Positions 31,475 through 32,000 of a stretch of DNA of 32,000 nt are shown here, piece after piece (the stretch's first letter is position 1; each line of letters starts with the position of its first letter). The notes beneath the pieces were generated by a model. It was not told the DNA's origin. It did not search any database and worked only from the letters and a program-made list of their open reading frames with translations. The stretch lies in NCBI RefSeq assembly GCF_020885515.1, contig NZ_AP024987.1:270001-302000 (forward strand), given 5' to 3'. The translations under genes were made by a program, and so were the position numbers. The DNA is from a cyanobacterium endosymbiont of Braarudosphaera bigelowii (GTDB lineage Bacteria; Cyanobacteriota; Cyanobacteriia; Cyanobacteriales; Microcystaceae).

Positions 31475-32000
31475 TTATTTAGAGTTAGAACCTGTTTCAG
31501 TTAGGGTATCTCCAAAAACCTTCTCAAAATCGAATTCTTCAGAGTTTAATCCATAATCATATGGACCTGCCCATAGGACTGGTTTTCCATCAAAATTTTC
31601 AATTGCTGGGGGAGATGATGTTTGCCATTCTAAAGTATACGCTCTCCAAGGATTACGGCTAACTTTTTCACCGTTAAACAGACTGAGGAATACATTTATA
31701 ATGAAAGGTAAAGTTGATAAACCAAGTATATAAGCCCCTATAGTCGCAATTTGATTCAACGGCTGAAATTGAACATCGTATAGTGCTATACGGCGATTCA
31801 TTCCTAATAATCCTAATTCATGCATTGGCATGAATGATATATTTAATCCGATAAATAATAAAGCACAATGAGCTTTTCCAAGTGCATCATTAAACATCCT
31901 ACCTGTCATTTTTGGAAACCAATGGTAGAATCCTGCAAACAATCCCATGGATGCTCCACCAAAAAGAACATAGTGAAAGTGAGCTACTACAAAATAGGTA
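31475..32000 (-). CDS. ctaD: Cytochrome c oxidase subunit I, N-terminal part outside window
   Basis: Frame continues to window edge: YFVVAHFHYVLFGGASMGLFAGFYHWFPKMTGRMFN, a heme-copper oxidase subunit I segment. Confidence 0.96.
   Translation of the reverse strand, partial: TYFVVAHFHYVLFGGASMGLFAGFYHWFPKMTGRMFNDALGKAHCALLFIGLNISFMPMHELGLLGMNRRIALYDVQFQPLNQIATIGAYILGLSTLPFIINVFLSLFNGEKVSRNPWRAYTLEWQTSSPPAIENFDGKPVLWAGPYDYGLNSEEFDFEKVFGDTLTETGSNSK

Noticed and set aside
1-32000. CRISPR arrays, defence islands, transposons, prophage, BGC, tRNA or rRNA
   Set aside because: No regularly spaced direct repeats, cas/transposase/integrase/phage proteins, or recognisable tRNA T-loop or rRNA signatures were found on manual reading.

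Overview
AT-rich, gene-dense cyanobacterial window with only housekeeping and metabolic genes, interrupted by unusually long apparently non-coding gaps. Gene content: 5'-truncated M16 peptidase, hemF, M3 oligopeptidase, petN, ycf54, pdxJ, a frame-disrupted DUF2079 membrane protein, proS, aroE, a Get3/ArsA ATPase with an HSP20-like tail, cobM, an HhH protein, a TM2-SHOCT protein, DUF1825, lhgO, ubiX, GT2-GtrA, dnaG, a complete ECF-type transporter (T, fused A-A, S), a conserved hypothetical, pyrF, a VOC protein, and ctaE/ctaD. PetN, Ycf54, erosion zones and low GC fit a genome-reduced unicellular cyanobacterium of the Crocosphaera/UCYN-A type; this taxonomic placement is inference. No CRISPR, transposase, prophage, rRNA or tRNA was recognised. 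The most notable signals are: (1) a 12-nt poly-A tract splitting DUF2079 in a way restored by +1 A or -1 frameshifting; (2) a perfect 40-bp inverted repeat with a 1-nt centre that overlaps the stop codon of one convergent gene and abuts the other's; (3) a 1.7-kb gene graveyard with a decayed reverse-strand frame and preserved hairpins; (4) a 44-codon membrane peptide directly after petN, absent from the ORF track; (5) an intact ECF transporter of unknown substrate. I see no convincing evidence of a wholly new multigene system.
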